A stretch of 64,000 nt of DNA from an uncultured Chloroflexia bacterium (GTDB lineage: Bacteria > Chloroflexota > Limnocylindria > Limnocylindrales > CSP1-4): the NCBI GenBank assembly GCA_963716375.1, contig OY970306.1, positions 1,378,676-1,442,675 of the forward strand, given 5' to 3'. Positions 46,347 to 56,462 of the stretch are shown in pieces. A program made the position numbers and the translations under genes. Numbering within the stretch: position 1 is the first letter of the stretch; each line of letters begins with the position of its first letter. The notes below the pieces were generated by a model. It did not search any database, was not told where the DNA came from, and saw only the letters and a program-made list of their open reading frames with translations.

Positions 46347-47399
46347 ATGGACCTGCTGTTGCTCGTCGTCGCGTTCGGGATCATCCTGGCCGGCGCCGAG
46401 CTGTTCACGAACGGCATCGAATGGTTCGGCCACAAGCTCAACCTCGCCGAAGGCGCGGTCGGGTCCGTGCTGGCGGCCGTTGGAACGGCGCTCCCCGAAA
46501 CGATGATTCCGCTGATCGCCATCCTGTTCACGGGTGGCGCGGCCGCGAGCGAAGTCGGGGTGGGGGCGATCCTCGGCGCGCCGTTCATGCTCTCGACGCT
46601 GGCGATGTTCGTGACCGGCGTGGCCGTCCTCTACGCGGCCCGGCATCGCTCGACCGGCGACCTGATGCTGGTGCGACCGACGGTCCTGGCCCACGACATG
46701 TCCTTCTTCGCCGTCTGCTATGCGCTGGCCGTCGGCGTGGCCTTCGTGCCGAGCGACCTGCTCTGGCCCCGCTGGCTCGTCGCGATCGCGCTGCTGATCC
46801 TGTACGGCTTCTATGTCCGTGAGCATTTCTCGGGCGAGGCCGCTGAAGGCGGCGCGGACCTCGCGGCGCTCCGGTTGCACCGCCTGGATCGCTGGGCGCC
46901 GGCCGGGATGACGGCCCCGCGTCTGCGGATCGTCTCGCTCCAGGTCGTGCTCGCCCTCGCGCTCATCGTCCTCGGGGCGTTCGTCTTCGTGCAGTCCGTC
47001 GAGCACCTCGCCTCCATGGCCGGCATCGACCCCACGCTGCTGGCCCTGATCGTCGCGCCCATCGCGACCGAACTGCCGGAGAAGTTCAACAGCGTCATCT
47101 GGGTCCGTCAGGACAAGGACACGCTGGCGATGGGCAACATCACCGGGGCGATGGTGTTCCAGAGCACGATCCCGACCGTGATTGCCCTCGTGTTCGCCTC
47201 GTCGCACTGGGCCATCGGGCCCGGCTCGACGATCGCCTTCGCCTCGGCCGGCATTGCCTTCATCTCGTCGGCCGTGATCTTCATCCCAATGGCGCGCTCG
47301 GGCCGGCTGACCGGCCGCCGCCTCCTGTCGGGTGGCGTCTTCTATCTCGTCTACCTCGTGATCGTCGGACTGGCCGTCTCGGGCGAGATCCCGGCCTGA
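46347..47399 (+). CDS. Ca2+/cation antiporter (CaCA, Na+/Ca2+ exchanger family)
   Basis: Two alpha-repeat motifs, GSVLAAVGTALPE and GNITGAMVFQSTIP, in a ~10-TM protein. Confidence 0.8.
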   Translation: MDLLLLVVAFGIILAGAELFTNGIEWFGHKLNLAEGAVGSVLAAVGTALPETMIPLIAILFTGGAAASEVGVGAILGAPFMLSTLAMFVTGVAVLYAARHRSTGDLMLVRPTVLAHDMSFFAVCYALAVGVAFVPSDLLWPRWLVAIALLILYGFYVREHFSGEAAEGGADLAALRLHRLDRWAPAGMTAPRLRIVSLQVVLALALIVLGAFVFVQSVEHLASMAGIDPTLLALIVAPIATELPEKFNSVIWVRQDKDTLAMGNITGAMVFQSTIPTVIALVFASSHWAIGPGSTIAFASAGIAFISSAVIFIPMARSGRLTGRRLLSGGVFYLVYLVIVGLAVSGEIPA

Positions 47400-47458
47400 A
47401 GCCGCGGCCGGTCGCGGGCGGCGGTTGATTCGGCCGGCGCTGGACGCCGCTGGAGCGC

Positions 47459-47467
47459 TGATATACT
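47459..47467 (+). promoter_or_regulatory. extended -10 TGATATACT upstream of ilvE
   Basis: gcTGaTATACTcgg. Confidence 0.45.
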
Positions 47468-47533
47468 CGGCCCCGTCCCAGTCGCCGGATGAAGCGCAGC
47501 CACGGCGCGGGCCTGATCTGTGGAGCCACGACC

Positions 47534-48517
47534 ATGCTGACCGAGAAGTCCGCGCCACCCGCCCCGGCCGCCCGAGCCGCCGGCGCAGCCCCCGATCCGG
47601 CAACGACGATCTGCTACTTCGAAGGCCAGTTCGTCCCGCTCGGTGAGGCCAAGGTCAGCATCATGACCCACGCCTTCATGTACGGGACTGCTGTCTTCGA
47701 GGGCATCCGCGGCTACTGGAACGAGGAGCAGGGCCAGCTCTACGCCCTGAAGGTCCGCGAGCATGTCGAGCGGATCCGCAACTCCTGCAAGATCATGCTG
47801 ATGGAGCCCGTGCCGTCGGTCGACGAGTTGAGTGCGCTCATCGTCGAAACCGCCCGCCGCAATGGCTTCCGCGAGGACATCTACATCCGGCCCTCCTTCT
47901 ACAAGAGCACCCAGGCCATCGGCGTCAAGCTCCACGGCCTCCAGCACCAGCTGTACATCCTGTCCCTGCCGTTCGGCGATTACGTCGACACGACCGTCGG
48001 CATCAAGGTCGGCACCGTCTCCTGGCGGCGGACGTCCGACACGTCGATCCCGTCGCGCGCCAAGATCGTCGGCTCCTACGTCAACCCGGCGTTCTCCAAG
48101 ACGGAGGCGATGCTCAACGGCTTCGATGAGGCGCTCGTGCTGACCGAGAGCGGCCACGCCTCGGAGGGTTCGGCCGAGAATCTCTTCATGGTCCGCGACG
48201 GCGTCCTGATCACGCCGCCGGTGGTGGACGACATCCTCGAGGGCATCACGCGAGCCGGGCTGATCGAGGTCGCGGGCGACATGGGCCTGACCGTCCTGGA
48301 GCGCTCGATCGACCGCTCGGAGCTGTACATCGCCGACGAAGTCTTCATGTGCGGGACCGGCGCCCAGCTGTCGCCCGTCATCGAGGTGGACCGCCGGATC
48401 GTCGGCGGCGGCAAGGTCGGCCCGATCACGGCCCGGCTGAAGGACCGCTACTTCGACATCGTCCGCGGCCGCGTGCCGGAATACCGCCACTGGGTCACGC
48501 CGATCTACGACAAGTAG
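47534..48517 (+). CDS. ilvE: branched-chain amino acid aminotransferase (class IV fold)
   Basis: FMYGTAVFEGIRGY, SRAKIVGSYVNP and ENLFMVRDGVLITPP..ILEGITR. ATG 47534 has a GGAG RBS 8 nt upstream. ATG 47489 is an alternative start. Confidence 0.85.
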   Translation: MLTEKSAPPAPAARAAGAAPDPATTICYFEGQFVPLGEAKVSIMTHAFMYGTAVFEGIRGYWNEEQGQLYALKVREHVERIRNSCKIMLMEPVPSVDELSALIVETARRNGFREDIYIRPSFYKSTQAIGVKLHGLQHQLYILSLPFGDYVDTTVGIKVGTVSWRRTSDTSIPSRAKIVGSYVNPAFSKTEAMLNGFDEALVLTESGHASEGSAENLFMVRDGVLITPPVVDDILEGITRAGLIEVAGDMGLTVLERSIDRSELYIADEVFMCGTGAQLSPVIEVDRRIVGGGKVGPITARLKDRYFDIVRGRVPEYRHWVTPIYDK

Positions 48518-48859
48518 GGCGCGCGGGGCTCACGGGGCCCGCGGCGCTCGTGGGCTCGCGCTCGGGTCGGTGACGGTGGAATTCGCTGGATCCGCACCCG
48601 GTGCGTGGTAGGCACGCGGTTGGCAACTGGCCGGCCGGTCCGCCCCGCACGGGACTCTGCCGGTCTCGGCGAGTTCCTGCCAGATCCAGTCCGGCGCACG
48701 TGGTGAGTCCGTCGATGACGCACCGATGCGCAGGCGGTGGAACCGGCGGGTCGACCAGCCGCGTCGACCACGCCGCTGAACGCCGTTACGGCCGCCCTGG
48801 CCGCCCGCCCAAGGCTCTGGCTGCGGCCCGCCCGCCCCGGGCTCCAGCCGCGGCCCGGG

Positions 48860-50689
48860 CTATGGACCAGGCGGCGGCGTCAGTCTCGGGGTCGCGCCGG
48901 CGGTCGTCACGATGATGTCGACCTTGACCTTCGGGTCGGTCACCAGCACGGGTTTCACGCCGAGCAACTGCGTCAGGCGCTGGATCGTGGTCGGCAGGCG
49001 ATCCTCGGCCCCGTTGTAGACCTGGATCCTCGTCCCGGTCAGGCCCGTCAGGTCCGCCTTCTGGTTCGGCGCGCTGGCCGTCATGCCCTGGTATTCGAGG
49101 AAGGCCGCCAGGTCGCTCGCCTGGCCCTGGACGCCGCTCCCGTTGAGAACCCAGACCGTGCCGTTCTCGGCGCCGATCTTCTCGCGCAGCGCCTCCGTCT
49201 TGGGATCGGTGTTGAAGGCATTCGCGACGGCGTTGCGGATCTTGGCGACGTTCGGAACGATGATGTAGCCGCGGCCCTTGCCGGTCGGGTCGTTGTTGTA
49301 CTGCGTCTGGTAGATCGGCGGCGCGAACACGAACGAGCGCAGGTTGGTCGTGTCGATGCTGCCGGCGAGGCCCATCAGCTTGGGCAGCTGATTGATCGGA
49401 ATGTCCGTGTGGACCGCCGCGCGGAGCGCCTGCACGAGGTCCGGCAGCTTGCCGATCAGGGAGCCGATGTCCGACTGCTGCTTGAGTGACAGCAGGACGC
49501 GCTGCTGGCGCTGGGCCCGATCGAAGTCCGTGGAGGCGTGGCGGGCCCGGGCGTAGACCAGCGCCTGCGCGCCGGTCATGTGCTGGATGCCGGCCGGGAT
49601 GTAGATCCGGTGGAGCCGGCCGTCGTCGCCCGGGTAGTAGTCGTCCATGACCGGCACCTGGACGTCGATCGTCACGCCGCCGAGCGCGTCGATGACCTTG
49701 CGGAAGCCGTCGAAATTGACCTCGACGTAGTACTTGATGTCGATGCCGTAGAGGTTGCCGAGCACGGTCTTGAGGGCGCCGAAGCCGCGCTGGGCCTGGT
49801 TGCCGGGGAACAGGTCGGGCCGGGCCGTGGCCGCCGTCCAGAGGCTGTTGATCTTGCCGTCATAGGACGTCCCGAAGACCGACTGCCAGGGCCCGGGCGG
49901 CAGCGGCACGTCGACCGTGTCGCGCGGAATGCTGAACATCGCGACCTGGCCGCTGTCCGGGTCGATGCTGGCCACGATCAGCGTGTCCGTGTTGAACGTG
50001 CTCTCCTTGGGCCGCTGGTCCGCGCCGATCAGGAGGATGTTCAGGCGGCCGCCGGTCCAGGGCGGGATCGAGGCGGCCGGGGCGGCCGTGACGCTCGGGT
50101 TCGGGGTCCCGACGTTGAGCGTCGGGGCGAGGCTCGGCGAATCGGTCGGGCCGAGGTCCGAGCTGCTGGGCGCCGGCGAATCGGTGGCGTCGGGCCCGCA
50201 GGTGTTCGTCGAGGCGTCGAAGATGCAGTCGATCTGCTGGGCCTGGAGGTCGTAGTAGGCGACGGCGACGTGGGCGCCGCTCAGGACCAGCAGCACGGCC
50301 AGCAGGCCGGCCAGCGACGCCGGGCCGAGCGGCCCGCGCGAGGCCATGCCGCCGCGCGGATCGATCCCGGCATCCACCGCGTTCAGGTAGCGGGCGACGC
50401 GCCAGGCGTCCACCGCGGCCACGATGCGGTAGAGCAGGACCACGATGTTGACGATCAGGATGCCGGTCAGGACGTCAGGCTGGATCAGGAATCCCAGCAG
50501 CTCGAGGTGATTGGTCCGGAGGGCAATGCCGCCCGCCAGCGCGACGAGCAGGAGGGGCGCCGCGGCGAACGCGAGCGCGCGCGACCAGGCGCCACAGTAG
50601 GCATGACCGAGACCTGGGAAGAGCAGCGACAGGAACGCGGCCGCAAACGACGAGCGAACCCGTGGCCGCCCCTCCTGCGACGTTGGCAT
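48860..50689 (-). CDS. LytR-CpsA-Psr (LCP) family cell-wall glycopolymer ligase with an N-terminal TM region and a LytR_C-like C-terminus
   Basis: LNILLIGADQRP, DTLIVASIDP and SIPRDT. ATG 50689 is preferred over the TTG 50716 used in the ORF track. Confidence 0.85.
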   Translation of the reverse strand: MPTSQEGRPRVRSSFAAAFLSLLFPGLGHAYCGAWSRALAFAAAPLLLVALAGGIALRTNHLELLGFLIQPDVLTGILIVNIVVLLYRIVAAVDAWRVARYLNAVDAGIDPRGGMASRGPLGPASLAGLLAVLLVLSGAHVAVAYYDLQAQQIDCIFDASTNTCGPDATDSPAPSSSDLGPTDSPSLAPTLNVGTPNPSVTAAPAASIPPWTGGRLNILLIGADQRPKESTFNTDTLIVASIDPDSGQVAMFSIPRDTVDVPLPPGPWQSVFGTSYDGKINSLWTAATARPDLFPGNQAQRGFGALKTVLGNLYGIDIKYYVEVNFDGFRKVIDALGGVTIDVQVPVMDDYYPGDDGRLHRIYIPAGIQHMTGAQALVYARARHASTDFDRAQRQQRVLLSLKQQSDIGSLIGKLPDLVQALRAAVHTDIPINQLPKLMGLAGSIDTTNLRSFVFAPPIYQTQYNNDPTGKGRGYIIVPNVAKIRNAVANAFNTDPKTEALREKIGAENGTVWVLNGSGVQGQASDLAAFLEYQGMTASAPNQKADLTGLTGTRIQVYNGAEDRLPTTIQRLTQLLGVKPVLVTDPKVKVDIIVTTAGATPRLTPPPGP

Positions 50690-50695
50690 CGCGGG

Positions 50696-50701
50696 TAGGA
50701 T
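50696..50701 (+). promoter_or_regulatory. -10 element TAGGAT upstream of ileS
   Basis: gggTAGGATactcgg, ~65 nt before ATG 50767, in the divergent region shared with the LCP gene. Confidence 0.4.
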
Positions 50702-50766
50702 ACTCGGACGGTCCAACGCCCGCCAGCGAGACCGCCCAACCCCAATTCGTGCGCAGCCGAGGTCCG

Positions 50767-53700
50767 ATGTTCCGTTCCGTCAGTTCCAGGCCCGACCTGA
50801 TCAGCCAGGAGCGCGAGATGCTCGAGCTCTGGCGGGAGCGGCGGACATTTGCCCGCCTGCGCGCCCAGAACGAGGCCGGTCCGCACTGGAGCTTCCTCGA
50901 CGGGCCGATCACGGCCAACAACCCGATGGGCGTCCATCACGCCTGGGGCCGTGCCTACAAGGACCTCTTCCAGCGCTTCCACGCGATGCAGGGTCACAGC
51001 CAGCGCTGGCAGAACGGCTTCGACTGCCAGGGCCTCTGGGTCGAGGTGAACGTCGAGCGGGAGCTCGGGTTCACGAACAAGCGCGACATCGAGGCGTTCG
51101 GAATCGCCGAGTTCGTCAGCCTCTGCAAGCAGCGCGTCCTGACGTTTGCGGCTCGCCAGACCGAGCAGAGCATCCGCCTCGGGATGTGGATGGACTGGAA
51201 CGACGCCGACGAGCTGCGCCGGCTGCGCGACCTGCTGGCCGCCGATCCGGCGCAGGTGGCCACGACGCCCGGCACGGCCGGGCCGGTCACCGATACGGTC
51301 GAGATGCTCGTCGGGCGGCTCGGGATGCCCGAGATCGGCGGCAGCTACTTCACGTTCTCCAACGAGAACAACGACCTGATCTGGGGATTCCTCGCCGAGT
51401 GCCACCGGCGCGGCTGGATCTACAAGGGCCACGACACGATGCCCTGGTGCGCCCGCTGCGGCACCGGCCTCTCGCAGATGGAGATGAACGAGGGCTACCA
51501 GGATCGCGACGACCCGGGCCTGACGGTGCGGTTCCCGCTCGTCGACCGGCCCGGCGAGAGCCTCCTCGTCTGGACGACGACCCCCTGGACGCTGACCTCG
51601 AACGTGGCCGCGGCCGTCGGCGAGGATCTCACCTACGTCCAGGTCCGCCAGGGCGACGAACGGCTGTGGGTCGGCAAGGGGACGCTCAGGCACGCCGTGG
51701 AGGGGCCGTTCACGGTCGTCGAGGAGCGCCCCGGTCGCGACCTCGTCGGCTGGCGGTACGCCGGACCGTTCGACCACCTGCCGGCCGTCCAGGACGCCTT
51801 CGCGACCGGCTCGAACCTGCACGCACCGGGCGCCGCCGGCACTGGCCGTGCCCTATGAGCACCGGGTCGTGGCCTGGGACCTCGTCGGGGAGGAGGAGGG
51901 GACCGGCATCGTCCACATCGCCCCGGGTTGCGGGGCCGAGGACTTCCAGCTCGGGAAGGCGCTGGGCTTGCCCGTCATTGCGCCACTCGACGAATCCGGC
52001 CGCTACCTGAAGGGCTTCGACTGGCTGACCGGGCGGGCCGCGGCCGAGGTCGCCGACGAGATCGTGGACCGGCTCCAGGTCAGCGGGCGGTTCTACCGTC
52101 TCGAGACGATCAACCACCGCTACCCGCATTGCTGGCGGTGCGGGACGGCGCTCCTCTTCCGCCTCGTCGACGAGTGGTACATCAGCATGGGCCCGGTCTA
52201 CGACCAGCCTCGCGACACGCTCACCAGCGAGCAGGTCGACGGCAGCCTCCGCTACCAGATCATGGAGATCGTGGATCAGATCCGCTGGCTGCCGGGCTTC
52301 GGCTATGAACGGGAGCTGGACTGGCTCCTGAACATGCACGACTGGATGATCAGCAAGAAGCGCTACTACGGCCTCGCGCTGCCGATCTACGACTGCCAGG
52401 CGTGCGGCACGTTCAGCGTCGTCGGCGGCCGCGAGGAGCTGCACCAGCGCGCGGTGGCGGGCTGGGCCGAGTTCGAGGGCCACACCCCGCACCGGCCCTA
52501 TGTCGACGCCGTGAAGATCGCCTGCTCGGGCTGCGGTGCGCCGGTCGAGCGCATCCAGGACGTCGGCAACCCCTGGCTCGACGCCGGGATCGTGCCGTTC
52601 TCGACGCTCCACCAGCGCGAGGATCCGGACTACTGGGCGCAGTGGTTCCCGGCCGACTTCATCACGGAGAGCTTCCCGGGCCAGTTCCGCAACTGGTTCT
52701 ATTCGCTGCTGGCGATGTCCACCGTGCTGCGCCGCGAGCCGCCGTTTCGGACGATCTTCGGCTACGCCCTCGTCTTCGGCGAGGACGGCCGGCCGATGCA
52801 CAAGAGCTGGGGCAACGCGATCGACTTCGACGAGGCCGCCGAGCGGATGGGCGTGGACGTCATGCGCTGGACCTTCGCCAACGCCCGGCCCGACGACAAC
52901 ATCCTGTTCGGCTGGCACGCCGCCGACGAGTCGCGGCGCGAACTGCTCGTCCTGTGGAACGTCTACGCGTTCTTCGTGACGTACGCCCGGATCAAAGGGT
53001 GGACCCCGGCCGTGGAGCTGCTGGCCCGATCCGAGGTTCGCCCGGCGATGGACCGCTGGATCCTGTCGCGAACGGCCCGCCTGGCGGCCGAGGTCGAGCG
53101 ATCCCTGGCCGACTACGACGCGCTGGCGGCCAGCCGGGCGATCTCGGATCACATCGATGACCTGTCGACCTGGTACCTGCGGCGAACGCGCACGCGGATC
53201 TCGCGGCGGGACGCTTTTGATCACGCCGCCGCCCTCGTCACGCTGCGCGAGGCTCTGGTCGCCCTGGCCACCATCATGGCCCCGATCACGCCGTTCCTGG
53301 CCGATTCGATGTACCAGAACCTCGTCGTCGCGGTCGATCCCGAGGCGCCCGATAGCGTCCATCTGACGCAGTTGGCCGACCGCGGCCCTGGCCGCCCACC
53401 GGGACGAGCCGCTCGAGGCGGCGATGGCGACGACCCGGCGCGCCGTCGAGCTCACCCGGACCCTGCGCTCGCAGGCCGGCCTGCGCGTCCGCCAGCCGCT
53501 GGCGCGACTCTGGCTGGCGCTGCCCGGCGGCGATCTCGTCGACCGCGACGAGCTGCTGGAGCTGCTGGCGGAAGAGGTCAACGTCAAGGCCGTCGAGCTG
53601 ATCGGCGACGAGTCGAGCCTCGTGGACCGCCGGGTCAAGCCGCTGCTGCCGAAGATCGGCAAGCGCCTGGCCGGGGCGATCCCGGCCGTCATGGCCGCGG

Positions 53701-54137
53701 CCCGCGCGGGTGAGGTCGAGTACCTGCCCGACGGTGGCGTCCGCCTGGCCGGCGTCACGCTCGCCCCGGACGAGGTCGAGATCCTGGCCACACCGCGGCC
53801 GGGGACGGCGGTCGCCCACGATGAGGGCCTGGTCGTCGTCGTCGACACGGAGCTGACGCCCGAGCTGCGGGCGGAAGGGGATGCCCGTGAGCTCCAGCGG
53901 GCGATCCAGGACCTGCGCCGCGAAGCCGAGCTGAACCTGGACGACCGGGTCACGGTCTGGGTCGAGCCGCTGCCCGCGGCACTCCGGCCCTACCTCGACG
54001 CCGTCCGCAGCGAGACGCTCGCCGACGAGATCCTCGATGGGGCCATTCCGGCCGACGTCCAGCGCTCGATCGTCGAGCTCGACAGCGGTTCGGTCGCGTT
54101 CGGCCTCCGGGCCCGCGTCCCGGCGGCGCGCGCGTGA
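50767..54137 (+). CDS. ileS: isoleucyl-tRNA synthetase, frame broken by two +1 indels (~51843 and ~53372)
   Basis: Three ORF-track pieces read through colinearly: PITANNPMGVHHAWGR (HIGH-type), CARCGT/CWRCGT zinc knuckles, MHKSWGN (KMSKS-type), and a C-terminal anticodon-binding region. The second junction reads SVHLTQ|WPTAALAAHRDEPLEAAM at CAGTTGGCC. Confidence 0.9.
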
Positions 54138-54790
54138 CCGGGGACGTCCCGGCCGTGGGCGATTCGCCGGTGATCGCCGAGATTCCGGCCGCGGGGGCGC
54201 CGGCGGCGACCGGCAGTTCGCCGGCCGTGTCCGGGACTCCTGGGGTGACGGCACCGGCCGCCGCGAGCGGCTCGCCGGTCGTGGCCGCCCAAGCGGCCGT
54301 CTCGGCCAGTCCGACCCGCACCCATTGGGCGATCTTCGTCGGCCTCGCCGCCGGCGTCGCGATCCTCGATCAGATCGTCAAAGCGTGGATCGTCGGCAAC
54401 TTCGAGGTCGACGTGCCGGTCAACGTCATCGGCGACTGGGCGCGGATCGTGCTGACCCACAACAACGGGGCGCTCTTTGGGATGTTCAAGGACCAGGCGA
54501 TCGTCTTCGCGGCCTTCTCGCTGCTCGTGATCGGCCTGATCGTCGCCTTCGAGGCGAGGGCCGGTTCGTCGCTCCTGATCACGATCGCCCTCGGTCTCCT
54601 GCTGGGCGGCGCGATCGGCAACCTGACCGACCGCGTGCGCCTCGGCTACGTCGTCGACTTCGTGGATCTCGGCATCGGCTCCTGGCGCTTCTACGCCTTC
54701 AACCTCGCGGATTCGGCGATCAGCCTGTCGATCCTGCTGCTGCTCGTCCTCGCCATCCGGCCGCCGCGCCAGGTCCGATCGCGTGACTGA
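54134..54790 (+). CDS. lspA: lipoprotein signal peptidase II with an Ala/Pro/Ser-rich N-terminal extension
   Basis: NNGALFGM, GNLTDR, VVDF and FNLADS. GTG 54134 overlaps the ileS stop (GTGA). An in-frame alternative start at GTG 54281 would remove the extension. Confidence 0.85.
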   Translation: MTGDVPAVGDSPVIAEIPAAGAPAATGSSPAVSGTPGVTAPAAASGSPVVAAQAAVSASPTRTHWAIFVGLAAGVAILDQIVKAWIVGNFEVDVPVNVIGDWARIVLTHNNGALFGMFKDQAIVFAAFSLLVIGLIVAFEARAGSSLLITIALGLLLGGAIGNLTDRVRLGYVVDFVDLGIGSWRFYAFNLADSAISLSILLLLVLAIRPPRQVRSRD

Positions 54791-55775
54791 CCCGGTCGGC
54801 GCCACGACGCAGATCCTGCGCGTCCCGGACGGCGGCGGCCGTCATCGCGCGGATCGCCTCGTCGCCGATCTCACGGGCCTGTCCCGGACCTACGTCCAGA
54901 AGCTGATCTCGAACGGGCACCTCGTCGCCGACGGCCAGCCGATCCGGGCGAACACGATGCTCGAACCGGGCACCGAACTGACCCTCACCGTCCCGGCCGT
55001 CGAGGCGCTCGACCTCGTCGCCGAGGCGATCCCGCTGCACGTCGTCTACGAGGACGCCGACGTCCTGATCATCGACAAGCCGGCCGGACTCGTGGTCCAC
55101 CCGTCGCCCGGGCACGCCAGCGGCACGATCGTGAATGCGCTGCTGGCCCGCGACACGGAGTACGGCGGCATCGCCGGAGTGGCCCGGCCGGGGATCGTCC
55201 ATCGCCTCGACCGGGACACGAGCGGCCTGCTGATGGTCGCCAAGAACGATGTCGCGCAGGCGAGCCTCATGGCCCAGCTGAAGGGCCGTCGCGTCAAGAA
55301 GACCTACCAGGCGCTCGTCCAGGGCGCCGTGGCGGCCGCCGTCGGGCGGATCGAGGCGCCACTCGGTCGCGATCCGAAGAACCGGATGCGGATCGCGGTC
55401 GTGCCGGGCGGCCGGCCGGCCGTCACCGGCTATCGCGTCCGCGAGCGGTTCGCGGGCTGGACACTGCTCGAGCTCGATCTCATCACGGGCCGGACGCACC
55501 AGATCCGGGTCCACCTCGAGGCGATCGGCCATCCCGTCGCCGGCGACCCGGTCTACGGCACGGGATCGTCGCGGCGCGGGCCCGATCGGCTGTCGAGGCT
55601 GTTCCTGCACGCCTGGCGGCTCGAGCTGTCCTCGCCCTCGGATGGCCACCTGATCCGCGTGGAGGCGCCGCTGCCGCCGGAGCTCGAGACGGTCCTCGAG
55701 GGCCTCCGACTCGGGGAGCGCGGCGTGGGCCGGCCATCCGATCCGTCGACGGTCCCCGCGGTCAGCGCCTCGTGA
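54783..55775 (+). CDS. rluD: 23S rRNA pseudouridine synthase, RluA/RluD family
   Basis: S4-like N-terminus and a catalytic HRLDRDTSGLLMVAKN, plus TGRTHQIRVH. Confidence 0.9.
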   Translation: MTDPVGATTQILRVPDGGGRHRADRLVADLTGLSRTYVQKLISNGHLVADGQPIRANTMLEPGTELTLTVPAVEALDLVAEAIPLHVVYEDADVLIIDKPAGLVVHPSPGHASGTIVNALLARDTEYGGIAGVARPGIVHRLDRDTSGLLMVAKNDVAQASLMAQLKGRRVKKTYQALVQGAVAAAVGRIEAPLGRDPKNRMRIAVVPGGRPAVTGYRVRERFAGWTLLELDLITGRTHQIRVHLEAIGHPVAGDPVYGTGSSRRGPDRLSRLFLHAWRLELSSPSDGHLIRVEAPLPPELETVLEGLRLGERGVGRPSDPSTVPAVSAS

Positions 55776-56458
55776 ACGATCGCGGGGGGTCGCCCGAGAC
55801 GAGCGTCCAGGCCGCGCCGGGCGGGCCGTCGGCCGATCTCGCGACCGAGGTGGAAAGCGCCCCCGGCGCCCTGCTGGTCATCATCTCGGGCCCGTCCGGC
55901 GTGGGCAAGGACACGATCATCAGCGCGCTGCAGAGCCGGCCGCGAACGCCCGATTACCACTTCGTCGTGACCTGCACGACGCGACCGCGGCGCCCCGGCG
56001 AGGTGGATGGCCTGAGCTACCACTTCCTGACGCGTGACCAGTTCCTCGACCTGCGCGACCGCGGCCAGCTCCTCGAGGCGAACGAGGTCCACGGCAACTG
56101 GTACGGGACGCCGCGCGAGGAGGTTCGGCGCTCGCTGGCGAAGGGCTCGGACGTCGTCCTGAAGATCGACGTCCAGGGAGCGCAGGCCGTCAAGGAGCGC
56201 GTGCCCGACGCGCTGCTGATCTTCGTCGTGCCGCCGTCGCTCGAAGAACTCTTCCAGCGGCTTCGCTCCCGCGCCACGGAGACCGCCGACGAGCTCGAGC
56301 TGCGCCAGCGCAACGCGGCGATCGAGCTCGCCCGCCAGCAGGATTACGACCACGTCGTCGTCAACGAGACCGGCCAGGTCGACCGGACGGCCGAGCTGAT
56401 CGACCTGATCATCGCCGCGGAGCGGACCAAGCGGGTGAACCGCCGCGTCCGCGTCTGA
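55772..56458 (+). CDS. gmk: guanylate kinase
   Basis: ISGPSGVGKDT P-loop and TTRPRRPGEVDGLSYHF. GTG 55772 overlaps the rluD stop (GTGA). Confidence 0.9.
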   Translation: MNDRGGSPETSVQAAPGGPSADLATEVESAPGALLVIISGPSGVGKDTIISALQSRPRTPDYHFVVTCTTRPRRPGEVDGLSYHFLTRDQFLDLRDRGQLLEANEVHGNWYGTPREEVRRSLAKGSDVVLKIDVQGAQAVKERVPDALLIFVVPPSLEELFQRLRSRATETADELELRQRNAAIELARQQDYDHVVVNETGQVDRTAELIDLIIAAERTKRVNRRVRV

Positions 56459-56462
56459 CCTG

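Noticed and set aside
48518-48859. A 340-bp gap between convergent ilvE and the LCP gene as a possible small RNA or small ORF (ORFs 48601-48915, 48505-48771).
   Set aside because: The ORFs are Arg-rich shadows. I saw no promoter-like hexamer, clean hairpin or recognisable RNA motif. A covariance-model scan would be needed.
50702-50766. A T-box or other riboswitch leader upstream of ileS.
   Set aside because: The predicted leader is only ~65 nt, far too short for a T-box, and I saw no specifier/terminator architecture.
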